In this document: positions 51,615-61,132 of the stretch, one piece after another
Numbering within the stretch: the first letter of the stretch is position 1
How the letters are laid out: each line of letters begins with the position of its first letter
Assembly: GCA_018396535.1 (NCBI GenBank)
Contig: JAGTQC010000003.1
Location: forward strand, 32,001-96,000
Reading direction: 5' to 3'
DNA: 64,000 nt
Source of the DNA: Candidatus Bathyarchaeota archaeon
Lineage (GTDB): Archaea; Thermoproteota; CALKCG01; B24; DRYS01
Translations under genes and position numbers: made by a program
Notes under the pieces: model-generated
The model's database searches: none
Told to the model about the DNA's origin: nothing
Seen by the model: the letters and a program-made list of their open reading frames with translations, nothing else

Positions 51615-51861
51615 GTTAACCCCCTCCTCTAAAGATATTAGGCTAGTAATCGTTAAATCTTTATTATAACAAGCATTTATCGAGCACCGTTACGGTGAAA
51701 ATCATACAGGCTGAGTCGAAGAAATATGAGGATTGTAAGAACGATGATAAGCTTGGAAAATAGCGTCTACTAGATATATCATTCATCTAATATTTTATAT
51801 CCATGTAGGTATGAATATGCTTATATCTCTCATAATACATACGTTACTATTCTGATAATCG

Positions 51862-52836
51862 TTACACTACTCTGTATCCTCCAAAAATTTCGATTAGGAA
51901 TAGTATGTAAAGGGAGAATAGGAGTATACCCTCCCTCCATCCTATCCTCCTATTCGAGAGGAGGTACCATAGTATTAGGCATACCATTATCGTGAACGTA
52001 GCCATACTCGTATAGGATGCCATGTTAACTACAAACTCCCTCCCTATCAAAGCTACTCCTAATATAAGCGTTATATTCGTAAAGCAGCTTCCGACTATAT
52101 TTCCTATAACTAGCTCTAGATAACCCTTTAAAGAGGATTTTAATCCAATCGTAAATTCTGGTAAACTAGTTCCAAAGGCTATTATAGTAGCACCTATCAC
52201 TGTGGTAGGAATACCTATATACTCTGCGATGTATGAAGCTGTATCTACTATCAGGTATGCGCTTGTAATAACAGCGGTTAATCCAAGGATTGTTAGAGCT
52301 AAATATCTCTTCAAGTTATTAGATACCCTCTCAGCTCCCCCTACCTCTTCAACCCTCCTTCTCTTCGATATATTGTATATCTCGTATACGAAGATTGATA
52401 CGAGAATTATACCTACAACTCTACTAGCGTATCCTATGTAGATTAGAACTACAGGAATAAGCGAAGTTATGAAAAGTCCGAAATGCAGGGTTCTAACCTC
52501 TTCTTTGACCGTGATATATAGCTGGGGGCTCCTTAGAGAAGTTATCAGAAATATTAAACCAAGTATGAAACATACATTCACGATATTTGAACCTAGAACG
52601 TTCCCGATAGCTATACCTATATCCCCGACTCCCATAGCGATGAGGATAGATACGCTAAGCTCGGGTAGAGTAGTGATTAACGCTATTAATGCGTAACCTA
52701 TAGTAGTTTTTCCTAAACCTGTTATCTCAGAAACTTTAACAGCGTTATCGATAGCTATATCGCAAGCTTTATCGAGAACGTAGAGTGAGATTAAGAGAAT
52801 CAATACATTACCAAGTAAGCCTAATTGTTCAAACAT
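51862..52836 (-). CDS. Sodium:calcium antiporter (CaCA family)
   Basis: Two alpha repeats: TTLPEL..GNVLGSN and GTSLPEF..GNIVGS. Confidence 0.92.
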   Translation of the reverse strand: MFEQLGLLGNVLILLISLYVLDKACDIAIDNAVKVSEITGLGKTTIGYALIALITTLPELSVSILIAMGVGDIGIAIGNVLGSNIVNVCFILGLIFLITSLRSPQLYITVKEEVRTLHFGLFITSLIPVVLIYIGYASRVVGIILVSIFVYEIYNISKRRRVEEVGGAERVSNNLKRYLALTILGLTAVITSAYLIVDTASYIAEYIGIPTTVIGATIIAFGTSLPEFTIGLKSSLKGYLELVIGNIVGSCFTNITLILGVALIGREFVVNMASYTSMATFTIMVCLILWYLLSNRRIGWREGILLFSLYILFLIEIFGGYRVV

Positions 52837-53061
52837 GATGGATTACCCCTCTACCCCTTCCTCTCCACCCATCCCTAGCTCTTCATAACGGTTAAGATTA
52901 GCAGTAGCGGGGTATGCTATATTCTACTTAATAAATATTTTGTTTAATACGATCCCATATATCGGTGACAGAATATCTACTTGTAATTTATCTTGTAATT
53001 TATTAAGTAAAAATTACGGCTGTATAATATAAAAATAAGAGTAATAATGTAGAAATTACGA

Positions 53062-54189
53062 TTATACTGCTCTATATTCTTCGAACCATTTCTGATACCT
53101 GGTTATAGTAACATTGCTTACACTAGGTTTCCTCCTACTTAAGGCATCTGTGAAATCCCTCATATTTACTGGTCTAGGATAGCTTTTCGGATCATCCACC
53201 CTTCCTGTTTCGAAGAATTCTCTAACCACTATAGCATATGCCTCCCTTACAAGCTCTGTAAGATCATGGAACGTATACCCTTCAGTAACTCTAGCTATCT
53301 TCTCTAGATCTACATCATCATCTAGCATCAGATTCTTCGTAGCTTTCTTCAGCAGAGCTAATCTACCATTATAGTCTGGTGGAGGTATATAGATACGTTT
53401 CTGGAATCTCCGGATGAAGGGTTCATCTAGATCCCAAGGCTTATTAGTTGCTCCTATAACGTATACATAGCTATACCTTCCCTTCTCTAGTATTCCATCC
53501 ATCTCCTTTAGAAGCTGATTTCTAACCCTAACCTCTCCTCCAACCTCCTGGCTCCTTATCCCCGCTATCGAATCTATCTCATCTATGAATATTATAGCAG
53601 GCTTACCTTGTTCAGCATAACCCCTTGCTTCAGAGAATAAGGCTGCTACATTCTTCTCACTCTCCCCCAGCCATTTACTCATAATCGTAGCCGCATCGAC
53701 ATCGAAGAAGACAGCATCTATCTCGTTAGCTACAGCTGCAGCTAGCATAGTCTTACCGCATCCTGGTGGACCGAAGAATAATATACCTCGAGGCCATCCT
53801 AACGGGAATAGATCAGGCCTCTTTAAAGGGTATACTATAGCTTCGGTTATAGCCTTCTTTGCCTCTTCCAGATCGACTATATCATCCCATCTTATCGATG
53901 GTTTAGAAGCTAGGATAGCCGTGGAAGCTTGTCTAGAAAAATCGCCGCTACCTAGAATCTGAGGTTGAAGTTTAGATCGGAGTTCTTCAACCCTACGTTG
54001 ATAGGCTTTAATCCTCTCCTTATATACATGTATATATGGCAGCTCTGGGTAGTACATGCAGATTCTACTAAGGATTTCTATAGCTCTACTATACTTCTCG
54101 ATAGCTCTATCATACTGTCCACTCCGATCGTAGTCTACTGCTTCTGAAGCACTCTTAACGGCAAGCTCTTCGAGTTCACGCATATCCAT
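53062..54189 (-). CDS. cdvC: Vps4/CdvC AAA ATPase with N-terminal MIT domain
   Basis: MIT helices, PDLFPLGWPRGILFFGPPGCGKT, DEID, RRFQKRIY. Confidence 0.93.
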   Translation of the reverse strand: MDMRELEELAVKSASEAVDYDRSGQYDRAIEKYSRAIEILSRICMYYPELPYIHVYKERIKAYQRRVEELRSKLQPQILGSGDFSRQASTAILASKPSIRWDDIVDLEEAKKAITEAIVYPLKRPDLFPLGWPRGILFFGPPGCGKTMLAAAVANEIDAVFFDVDAATIMSKWLGESEKNVAALFSEARGYAEQGKPAIIFIDEIDSIAGIRSQEVGGEVRVRNQLLKEMDGILEKGRYSYVYVIGATNKPWDLDEPFIRRFQKRIYIPPPDYNGRLALLKKATKNLMLDDDVDLEKIARVTEGYTFHDLTELVREAYAIVVREFFETGRVDDPKSYPRPVNMRDFTDALSRRKPSVSNVTITRYQKWFEEYRAV

Positions 54190-54236
54190 TAACTACACCC
54201 CGTTAACCTTCATTCCTCATATCTATATCGGTATGG

Positions 54237-55061
54237 TTAACGGCTCAAGACTATCTTTCCTTCCTCTTCGAGTGCTTTTAACGCACGAACAACATCCTCT
54301 GGAGATACCTGTAGCTCTTTAGCGCACACCGATATCTTTAAAGCACCTCTATTACTCTGTAAATATTCTAGTATCTTCGTTTTCAATTCGTCGAAACTCG
54401 GTATCGGAGGGCTAACGGACGGCGCCCCCCCGGTTTGGGTCGGTGTAGTTTTTGGAAGTACGGCTTCAGCTTCTGCTACAGGGATTCTCTGATTCTCCAA
54501 CCCCTCCACCGGTAGTTCTGGGAAGCTTTCCCTAATCTTCTGTTCAGCTATGAATGCAGCCTCCTCTATAATCCTCTTAGCTTCATCGTTTAACTCTATC
54601 TCCTCGAGTTTATGCCCGTTTACAACCTTCATCTCGCTAACGGTAGTTATCAATAATCGACTAACCTCCTCTAACCCGTTAGCAACATCTGGTACAATAT
54701 TCGCTATCTGTTTCCTCATCTCTTTTACAAGTCCGAGTACTGGTGCAAGCTGGATCATTAGATCGCTGAACTCCTGTATAGTCTCCAACCTTAGGATTAC
54801 ACGTTCTAAAGCTAGCTGTATGCTTAAGAGTAGTTTAGCTATATTCCTAACTTCAGAGCATTCGTTTGCATACATTTTACTCCTCGCATAATCCTTAGAT
54901 AGATATGCTCCAACGCATCTCTCAAAGATCTCCCTATCTCTACGCTGGAGTTTAGCCATTATGTGTTCTAACCTCTCCTTCTGAGATTCAAGCTTATATA
55001 TTGCTATATTTATACGCTCCTTTAAGGATCTTCTAGGAGATGAGAAGAATTTACGTATCAA
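54237..55061 (-). CDS. cdvB: ESCRT-III/CdvB with C-terminal winged-helix
   Basis: Snf7 core (YANECSEVR, LALERVILRLET), Pro-rich linker, wHTH tail. Confidence 0.9.
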   Translation of the reverse strand: MIRKFFSSPRRSLKERINIAIYKLESQKERLEHIMAKLQRRDREIFERCVGAYLSKDYARSKMYANECSEVRNIAKLLLSIQLALERVILRLETIQEFSDLMIQLAPVLGLVKEMRKQIANIVPDVANGLEEVSRLLITTVSEMKVVNGHKLEEIELNDEAKRIIEEAAFIAEQKIRESFPELPVEGLENQRIPVAEAEAVLPKTTPTQTGGAPSVSPPIPSFDELKTKILEYLQSNRGALKISVCAKELQVSPEDVVRALKALEEEGKIVLSR

Positions 55062-55106
55062 CCTTCATCCCCCGCCGTCCGTTAGCCCTCGCCTATCTTT
55101 ACCTAT

Positions 55107-55820
55107 CTACTCTTCTAGCTTCACTACCAACGGCTCTACATGTTTAGCTGATGTAACTTCTATCTTAGATTCTACAACACCACCTGTCCTAGCCTCGCTT
55201 TTAACACTACTCTCCACTATAGGTATGAACCCCTTCTCGGCTACATCTATGAACTTCTCTATATCCTCCTTCTCGCTTCTATAGTAGTTTATACCCTTCT
55301 CTATCGTCGATCTAGCTTCGTTGAACGTTTCAGGTAGTATCTCACCTAGAGTGTACTGTAGCTTTAGTACTGCTAAAACGTATTCTAGATCCTTAATCCT
55401 ACCTTCAAGGATCTCCACTCTCTTCTTAAGAGATTCTATAAACGATACCTTCTTGGATTCCAGCTCCTCTATAGCTGAATCATACATAGTCTTAAGCTTA
55501 CTATATGCTTCCTCGGTTATCTCGCCATTCTTGTAAAGTATATCTAGAGCTCTAAGTCTAGCTAGACTTACAGTATATACTCTCTCTAGTATGTTTGCTT
55601 CAACTCTCCATCCATACGTGTATACTAGCCTCCCATTCCTTATCCTTACCCTATCTCCTCTAAGTTTACGATACTCCCCATCGCATGTTTCGACATCGAA
55701 CGTTTCGACTTCATTCTTCGCATTAACAGTGAAACCTACTACCCTACCTAGGTTTCTACCATAGTTATCTACTATAGGTTTGCCAAGAAAATTCTTAACA
55801 TGTTCAAATCTAAGTGGCAA
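55107..55820 (-). CDS. cdvA: Cell division protein CdvA
   Basis: PRC barrel (FLGKPIVDNYGRNLG), coiled coil with GEI motifs, C-terminal EPLVVKL. Confidence 0.88.
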   Translation of the reverse strand: MPLRFEHVKNFLGKPIVDNYGRNLGRVVGFTVNAKNEVETFDVETCDGEYRKLRGDRVRIRNGRLVYTYGWRVEANILERVYTVSLARLRALDILYKNGEITEEAYSKLKTMYDSAIEELESKKVSFIESLKKRVEILEGRIKDLEYVLAVLKLQYTLGEILPETFNEARSTIEKGINYYRSEKEDIEKFIDVAEKGFIPIVESSVKSEARTGGVVESKIEVTSAKHVEPLVVKLEE

Positions 55821-55832
55821 GATATAACCCCC

Positions 55833-56459
55833 CTATATCTTCCTATTAGCAGACTCCTTCGATGGCACTTCTGTAGATGGTATCTCTGGTAGAGCCTCCT
55901 TCATCTTCTGTTCAGCTACGAAAGCAGCCTTCTCCAGTATCTGTCTAGCCTCTTCACTTGCAGCTTCTATCTCCCAGCTTCTACCAGTAGCTTCTCCTAC
56001 CTCTGCTACTATACCATTAAGCTCCTCTCCTATAGCTCCAAGCTCATAGCTTACCTCAGGTATGATACCTGAGAGCTGCGTCTTAAGTACGTTAACTACG
56101 CTAGCTACAGGAGCCATAACGGCTACTACATCTCCAAACTCCTGCACTGTCTCCAACCTTAGTATAGCTTGCTCTATAGCTAATTGTGCTCTAAGCATTA
56201 TATTCAGCATCTTCCTTATCTCAGCACATTCGTTAGCATACATAGCCGCTCTTATAGGATCCTTCGCTAGCTGTGCTTCTACACACTTCTCGAAGAGGTT
56301 CCTATCTTGCTTCTGCATACGTGTAGCAGCCATCTCAAGCTTATCCTTCTGTATCTTAAGCCTATAGATAGTCTTCCCTATCCTCTCTTTAAGCGGAGGC
56401 TGCTTCTTAAGTAGCCCCGTCCCTTTCTCCCATGCTTTGAATAGATCTCTCGTGCTCAT
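55833..56459 (-). CDS. ESCRT-III paralog (CdvB1/B2-like, no winged-helix)
   Basis: Snf7 core (MYANECAEIR, LRLETVQEFGD), ends LPEIPSTEVP; GGAGGTG SD. Confidence 0.9.
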   Translation of the reverse strand: MSTRDLFKAWEKGTGLLKKQPPLKERIGKTIYRLKIQKDKLEMAATRMQKQDRNLFEKCVEAQLAKDPIRAAMYANECAEIRKMLNIMLRAQLAIEQAILRLETVQEFGDVVAVMAPVASVVNVLKTQLSGIIPEVSYELGAIGEELNGIVAEVGEATGRSWEIEAASEEARQILEKAAFVAEQKMKEALPEIPSTEVPSKESANRKI

Positions 56460-56610
56460 CTTAAGCCCACCTCCTAGGCTAAGCCCGAGGGGAGAGAGGT
56501 CGGCGAAACTATAAATACCATTTTAACAGTATCTATCAAAATATGCACATTACATAGGTAAATGTTGATTTTACCGCTAAGATACTTGGATCATTACATA
56601 CATACTACAG

Positions 56611-56637
56611 TAATACTCAAATTATATCTAGAGTATT
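56611..56637. promoter_or_regulatory. Inverted repeat AATACTC-N12-GAGTATT around a TATA-like core, containing AGTATTA on the cdv strand
   Basis: taatactcaaattatatctagagtatt in the divergent cdv/npdG spacer. Confidence 0.45.
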
Positions 56638-56689
56638 CGGAGTTGTAAATTTATGAACAAGTTTCGTTAAAATAAATGATTGACCCGAC

Positions 56690-57379
56690 TTGAATAGGAT
56701 AGTAGCTATACTAGGTGGAACTGGTAGTCAGGGTTTCGGTTTAGCTTTAAGATGGCTTAAGGCTGGTGAATATGTAATCATAGGATCCAGATCTAGGGAG
56801 AAAGCTCAAGCTAAAGCTGATGAAGCTAGGAGGATACTAGGTAATGGAGTAAGGGTTGAAGGTTGTACTAATAGTGAAGCAGCTGATAAAGCTGATATTA
56901 TCGTATTAACTGTACCATTCGATGCTCAACTTAGTATAATTAGAAGGATAGCGCCATACCTATCCCAAGGGAAGATCCTCGTAGATGTTACAGTCCCATT
57001 AGCATCGATTATAGGAGGAGATCCGTGGAGGATCCTATACCCATGGGATGGCTCTGCAGCTGAACAGGCTGCACGCTATATTCCTAAAGGTGTAAGGATC
57101 GTATCAGCTTTCCATACTATAGGCTCTAGCATACTGTACGATCTAGATAGAGAGGTAGATTGCGACGTATTGATATGTGGTGATGATGTAGCAGCTAAAC
57201 GTATAGTCGCAGAGCTTGCTGAAGAGATACCTGGTGTTAGAGCGATAGATTGTGGTCCACTAGAGAACTCTAGGCTAACAGAATCTCTAGCCTCCCTGAT
57301 GATATACCTCTGTAGACTGTACAATGTTAAAGCTGTAGGTGTAAGGATTACAGGTATACGTAACCTTAGATCTATCTAG
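56690..57379 (+). CDS. npdG: F420H2:NADP+ oxidoreductase
   Basis: GGTGSQGFGLALRW, IGSR..KA, DVTVPL, SAAEQ, SAFH, DCGPLEN. Confidence 0.9.
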   Translation: MNRIVAILGGTGSQGFGLALRWLKAGEYVIIGSRSREKAQAKADEARRILGNGVRVEGCTNSEAADKADIIVLTVPFDAQLSIIRRIAPYLSQGKILVDVTVPLASIIGGDPWRILYPWDGSAAEQAARYIPKGVRIVSAFHTIGSSILYDLDREVDCDVLICGDDVAAKRIVAELAEEIPGVRAIDCGPLENSRLTESLASLMIYLCRLYNVKAVGVRITGIRNLRSI

Positions 57380-57960
57380 CCTGCTTTCTTAGCTCTCTCG
57401 TACATACGCTCAAGGGTCCATCTAACAGCGCTCTGTATATCCCTGATCCTAGCTGTATCGTATAGGTTATTGAGTATAAGTTCTCTAAGCACGCCTTCTT
57501 CAACCTTCAATTCATAGTTAAAAGCTCTATCAGGCGGTATCCTACCTCTACTCACAGCCTCCAGATCCTGAGATGTTATCGGTTCTAAAACCTTCCTTAT
57601 AAGGAAGGCTCTGAAAGGCTGTATATCCTCTCTTAGAGCTAGTTCTCTAGAGAATACTATCCTCATACGCGTATCTTCACGATATATCATGGCTAGTAGA
57701 GTACCATCAGATGATCGTATAGGTATACCCCTAGCCTGCTCGACTTGTACCGGCTTAGGTTTAGGTTGTTCAGGAGTAGCTTGTTCTCGAGCAAGCGTCG
57801 ATGCTGGCTGAAAGCTCTTCTCAGCTATAACCATACTCAACATAGAGGATAGAGCCGAGAGTATCTCTATCTCACCCTTTAGCTCTCCCACCCTCTTATC
57901 TATCCATTCTTTTAACTCTACCAACTTCTTTACGTCTAGCTCCTCTTTCTCAGATGTCAT
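57376..57960 (-). CDS. Hypothetical protein (N-terminal coiled coil, linker, alpha/beta C-terminal domain)
   Basis: 194 aa ORF with genome-typical codon usage. Confidence 0.7.
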   Translation of the reverse strand: MTSEKEELDVKKLVELKEWIDKRVGELKGEIEILSALSSMLSMVIAEKSFQPASTLAREQATPEQPKPKPVQVEQARGIPIRSSDGTLLAMIYREDTRMRIVFSRELALREDIQPFRAFLIRKVLEPITSQDLEAVSRGRIPPDRAFNYELKVEEGVLRELILNNLYDTARIRDIQSAVRWTLERMYERAKKAG

Positions 57961-58091
57961 CTAGACGCTCTCGTAGTATACTTCACTACTTTTTCAGATT
58001 AATCTTTCCCTTCTAAACATGTATAGCTCTGTTTAACCTGTAGCATACTCTTATGCTCTGATCGGTTATGGTGATCCATGTTTAAGGATAT

Positions 58092-58158
58092 TAGTCAGCT
58101 TATTGAGCCTATATCAAAGCCTAGCTAGGGCTCATTCGAAAACTCCTTCATCATCCCG
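58092..58158 (-). ncRNA. Box C/D 2'-O-methylation guide sRNA
   Basis: C box ATGATGA, 12-nt guide, D' ATGA, hairpin spacer, C' TTTGATA, 13-nt guide, D box CTGA; TATTTAAA 29 nt upstream of the C box. Confidence 0.75.
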
Positions 58159-58264
58159 ATTATAAAACCTAGCAATACTGTAGTTTAAATATTGCTTTTC
58201 ACAGCTATTAAACCAGAATTACCTGGGAAACAGTTTAGCATATCTTCGGTACGGTGTATCCGGC

Positions 58265-61129
58265 GTGGAGGCTGAGATCAGAGAGCTGCCATACCCGTTT
58301 AATCTATTAGCTAAACCTATAAGAGATGCTTTACTCGAACGTAGGTTTCTAAAACCTACCGAACCACAGGTAGAGGTTATACCTAGGATACTTAGAGGTG
58401 AGAATATACTACTCTCAGCTCCAACAGGTACTGGTAAAACTGAAGCAGCTGTACTTCCGGTACTAGATATGCTTCTAAAACTACCTGAACGCAGATCTGG
58501 AATATATGCACTCTACATAACACCTCTAAGGGCTTTAAATAGGGATCTATTAGATAGGATTGGATGGTGGTGTGGGAAGGTTGGTGTAACAGTAGCTGTT
58601 AGACATGGCGATACCGATAATAGGGAACGTGTACTACAAGCTAGGAATCCGCCAGAGATGCTTATAACAACACCTGAAACCCTACAAGCAATCCTTACAG
58701 GTAGGATTATGCGTAAGCATCTATCTAGTGTTAGATGGGTTATAGTAGATGAGATACACGAGTTTGCAGAGGATAAGAGAGGTAGTCAGTTATCTCTAGC
58801 TTTAGAGAGACTTACTCTATTAACTTCTAGGGATTTTCAGCGTATAGGATTATCAGCTACTATAGGTAGTCTCGAGGAGGTTGGTAGATTCCTAGTAGGT
58901 GTAGGTAGAAGGGTATCTGTGGTTAAAGTCCCGGTTGCTAAACATATGAAGCTAGATGTTCTATATCCTCAACCCCAACCTGAAGATTACGATTTAGCTG
59001 ATAAACTGTATACTAGGCCTGAGGTAGCTGCGAGACTTAGACTTCTTAGGAAGCTTATCGAAGAATATGAATCCGTCCTCCTCTTCACGAATACACGTTC
59101 GATAGCAGAAGTTCTAGCTAGTAGATTCAGGGTTTGGGATGATAGTATACCTATAAGTATCCATCATAGTAGCCTCTCTAAACCTGCACGTATAATGGCT
59201 GAGGTAGGCTTAAAGAAAGGCGATCTTAAGGGTCTCGTATGCACTTCTAGCCTAGAGTTAGGTATAGATATCGGTAGAGTAGATCTTACTGTTCAATACA
59301 TGAGTCCTAGACAGGTTACGAGGCTTGTACAGAGAGTTGGACGTAGCGGGCATAGCTTAGGTAGGACTTCGAAGGGTATAATAGTCACTATGGATGGCGA
59401 TGATACCCTTGAAGCTATAGTCATAGCTAGGAGAGCATTAAAGGAGGAACTCGAACCAGCTAAGATACCCTACAAGCCTTACGATGTATTAGCTCATCAG
59501 ATAGCAGGACTGCTTATGTATAGGAGGCGGTGGAGGTTCGATGAGATTCTAGAAGCATTTAGGAGAGCCTACCCCTATAGGGATCTCTCAGAGGAGGATA
59601 TGGTTAAGGTTCTATCATATATGCATGATAGATATCCTAGATTAGCATGGGTTTCATTCGAGGATAGGATAGTGGTTAAACCTGTAAGGGGTAAAGCTCT
59701 GTATGAATACTATTTCGAGAATCTATCGATGATACCTGATGAGAAGCAGTACCTCGTATACGATGAAGTCAACGATATGCCTGTAGGTATACTCGACGAA
59801 GCCTTCGTAGCCGAGTACGGTGAGCCAGGTATCAAATTCATATGTCAAGGTAGACCTTGGATGCTTATGAGTATAGTAGGCGATAGGATATACGTAAAGC
59901 CTGTAGATGATCCTACAGGAGCTATACCAAGCTGGGTTGGTGAAGAGATACCTGTTCCATTCGAAGTTGCATCGGAAGTTGGACGTATAAGGGGTAAGCT
60001 TGAGGAATACTTCAATAAGGGTTTAAGTCTCGAATCATCTGCTAGAAGAATAGCTAGACTATACCCGGCCGATTCATCGACTATCCTAGAAGCTTTAAAG
60101 GAGAGTTGGAGCCATCTAGCTCAGGGATACCCCCTACCTACTGATAGAAGGATGGTTATAGAGGGTTGGGGTGATTATATAATATTACATGTACATGGAG
60201 GTAGCTTAATCAATAGGAGTTTAGGTAGGATTTTAGGTGATATAATCACAGATAGGTATGGTGTAAGCGTAGCTGTACAACAGGATCCATATAGAATTAT
60301 AATACATGTACCCGGTGGATCTATAGCTCCCTCTGAGATCGCTTCGATAATCAAATCCCTTTCTTCCGATGAGGTTCGGGTTAGGGGTCTAGAAGCTGCT
60401 AGGAAGACCGGGTTATTCAAACGTAGACTGGTTCACGTCGCTAGAAGATTCTCAGCTATAAGTGAGGATGTCGATTTCACTGATGTATCGCTTAATCAAA
60501 TAGCTGAAAGTTTGAAGGGAACGGTAGTGTATGAAGAAGCTTTGAAGGAAACCTTGGAGAAGGATATGGATATAGATGGCTTGATAAAGGATATAATAGA
60601 GCCTCTACATAACGGCTCGATGGAGATTATCGTTGTAGAGTCTAGTGAGTTATCTCCACTAGCTAAGATGGGTATAGAGAGGATAGGTAGGAAGACGGAT
60701 ATAATACCTGCAGATAAGATGAGGAGGATTATCCTTGAATCAGTTAAAGCTAGACTTATGAATGAATCTAGAACCCTAGTATGTACAGAATGTTTCAAGT
60801 ATATAGAAACCGTAGTCTTAAAGCTGCTGTCAGATGTTAGATGTCCTTTATGCGGATCGAATCGTTTAGTTCCTTTAAACATGGATGAGAACGATGCGTA
60901 TAAACTAGTTTTCAAGGTTAAACGTGATGATAGACTATACGATGAGCTTATCAGAGCTGGTTCGATCGTATCGAGGTATGGGCTACCAGCTATCTACGCT
61001 CTCTCAGCTAGAGGTGTAAACCTAGATGATGTAGAAGCTATACTGGAAGATGAACCTAGGCTCACGGATAGATTCTTCGAGCTTATAATGGATGCTGAAA
61101 GAAAGGCTTTAGCTAGAAGATACTGGTAG
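58265..61129 (+). CDS. lhr: Lhr-family SF2 helicase with C-terminal Zn-ribbon
   Basis: APTGTGKT, TPLRAL, RHGDT, DEIH, SAT, SSLELGIDIG, QRVGRSGH, P.W.GE, CxxC..CPLC. Confidence 0.92.
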   Translation: MEAEIRELPYPFNLLAKPIRDALLERRFLKPTEPQVEVIPRILRGENILLSAPTGTGKTEAAVLPVLDMLLKLPERRSGIYALYITPLRALNRDLLDRIGWWCGKVGVTVAVRHGDTDNRERVLQARNPPEMLITTPETLQAILTGRIMRKHLSSVRWVIVDEIHEFAEDKRGSQLSLALERLTLLTSRDFQRIGLSATIGSLEEVGRFLVGVGRRVSVVKVPVAKHMKLDVLYPQPQPEDYDLADKLYTRPEVAARLRLLRKLIEEYESVLLFTNTRSIAEVLASRFRVWDDSIPISIHHSSLSKPARIMAEVGLKKGDLKGLVCTSSLELGIDIGRVDLTVQYMSPRQVTRLVQRVGRSGHSLGRTSKGIIVTMDGDDTLEAIVIARRALKEELEPAKIPYKPYDVLAHQIAGLLMYRRRWRFDEILEAFRRAYPYRDLSEEDMVKVLSYMHDRYPRLAWVSFEDRIVVKPVRGKALYEYYFENLSMIPDEKQYLVYDEVNDMPVGILDEAFVAEYGEPGIKFICQGRPWMLMSIVGDRIYVKPVDDPTGAIPSWVGEEIPVPFEVASEVGRIRGKLEEYFNKGLSLESSARRIARLYPADSSTILEALKESWSHLAQGYPLPTDRRMVIEGWGDYIILHVHGGSLINRSLGRILGDIITDRYGVSVAVQQDPYRIIIHVPGGSIAPSEIASIIKSLSSDEVRVRGLEAARKTGLFKRRLVHVARRFSAISEDVDFTDVSLNQIAESLKGTVVYEEALKETLEKDMDIDGLIKDIIEPLHNGSMEIIVVESSELSPLAKMGIERIGRKTDIIPADKMRRIILESVKARLMNESRTLVCTECFKYIETVVLKLLSDVRCPLCGSNRLVPLNMDENDAYKLVFKVKRDDRLYDELIRAGSIVSRYGLPAIYALSARGVNLDDVEAILEDEPRLTDRFFELIMDAERKALARRYW

Positions 61130-61132
61130 TAT

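Noticed and set aside
34075-53000. Provirus or integrative element at tRNA-Ile2, tRNA-His or tRNA-Ala
   Set aside because: No integrase, duplicated tRNA 3' end or viral gene found by eye
54500-56250. Short DNA similarities between the two ESCRT-III genes as gene conversion
   Set aside because: Matches are short and interrupted at silent sites; ordinary paralogy explains them
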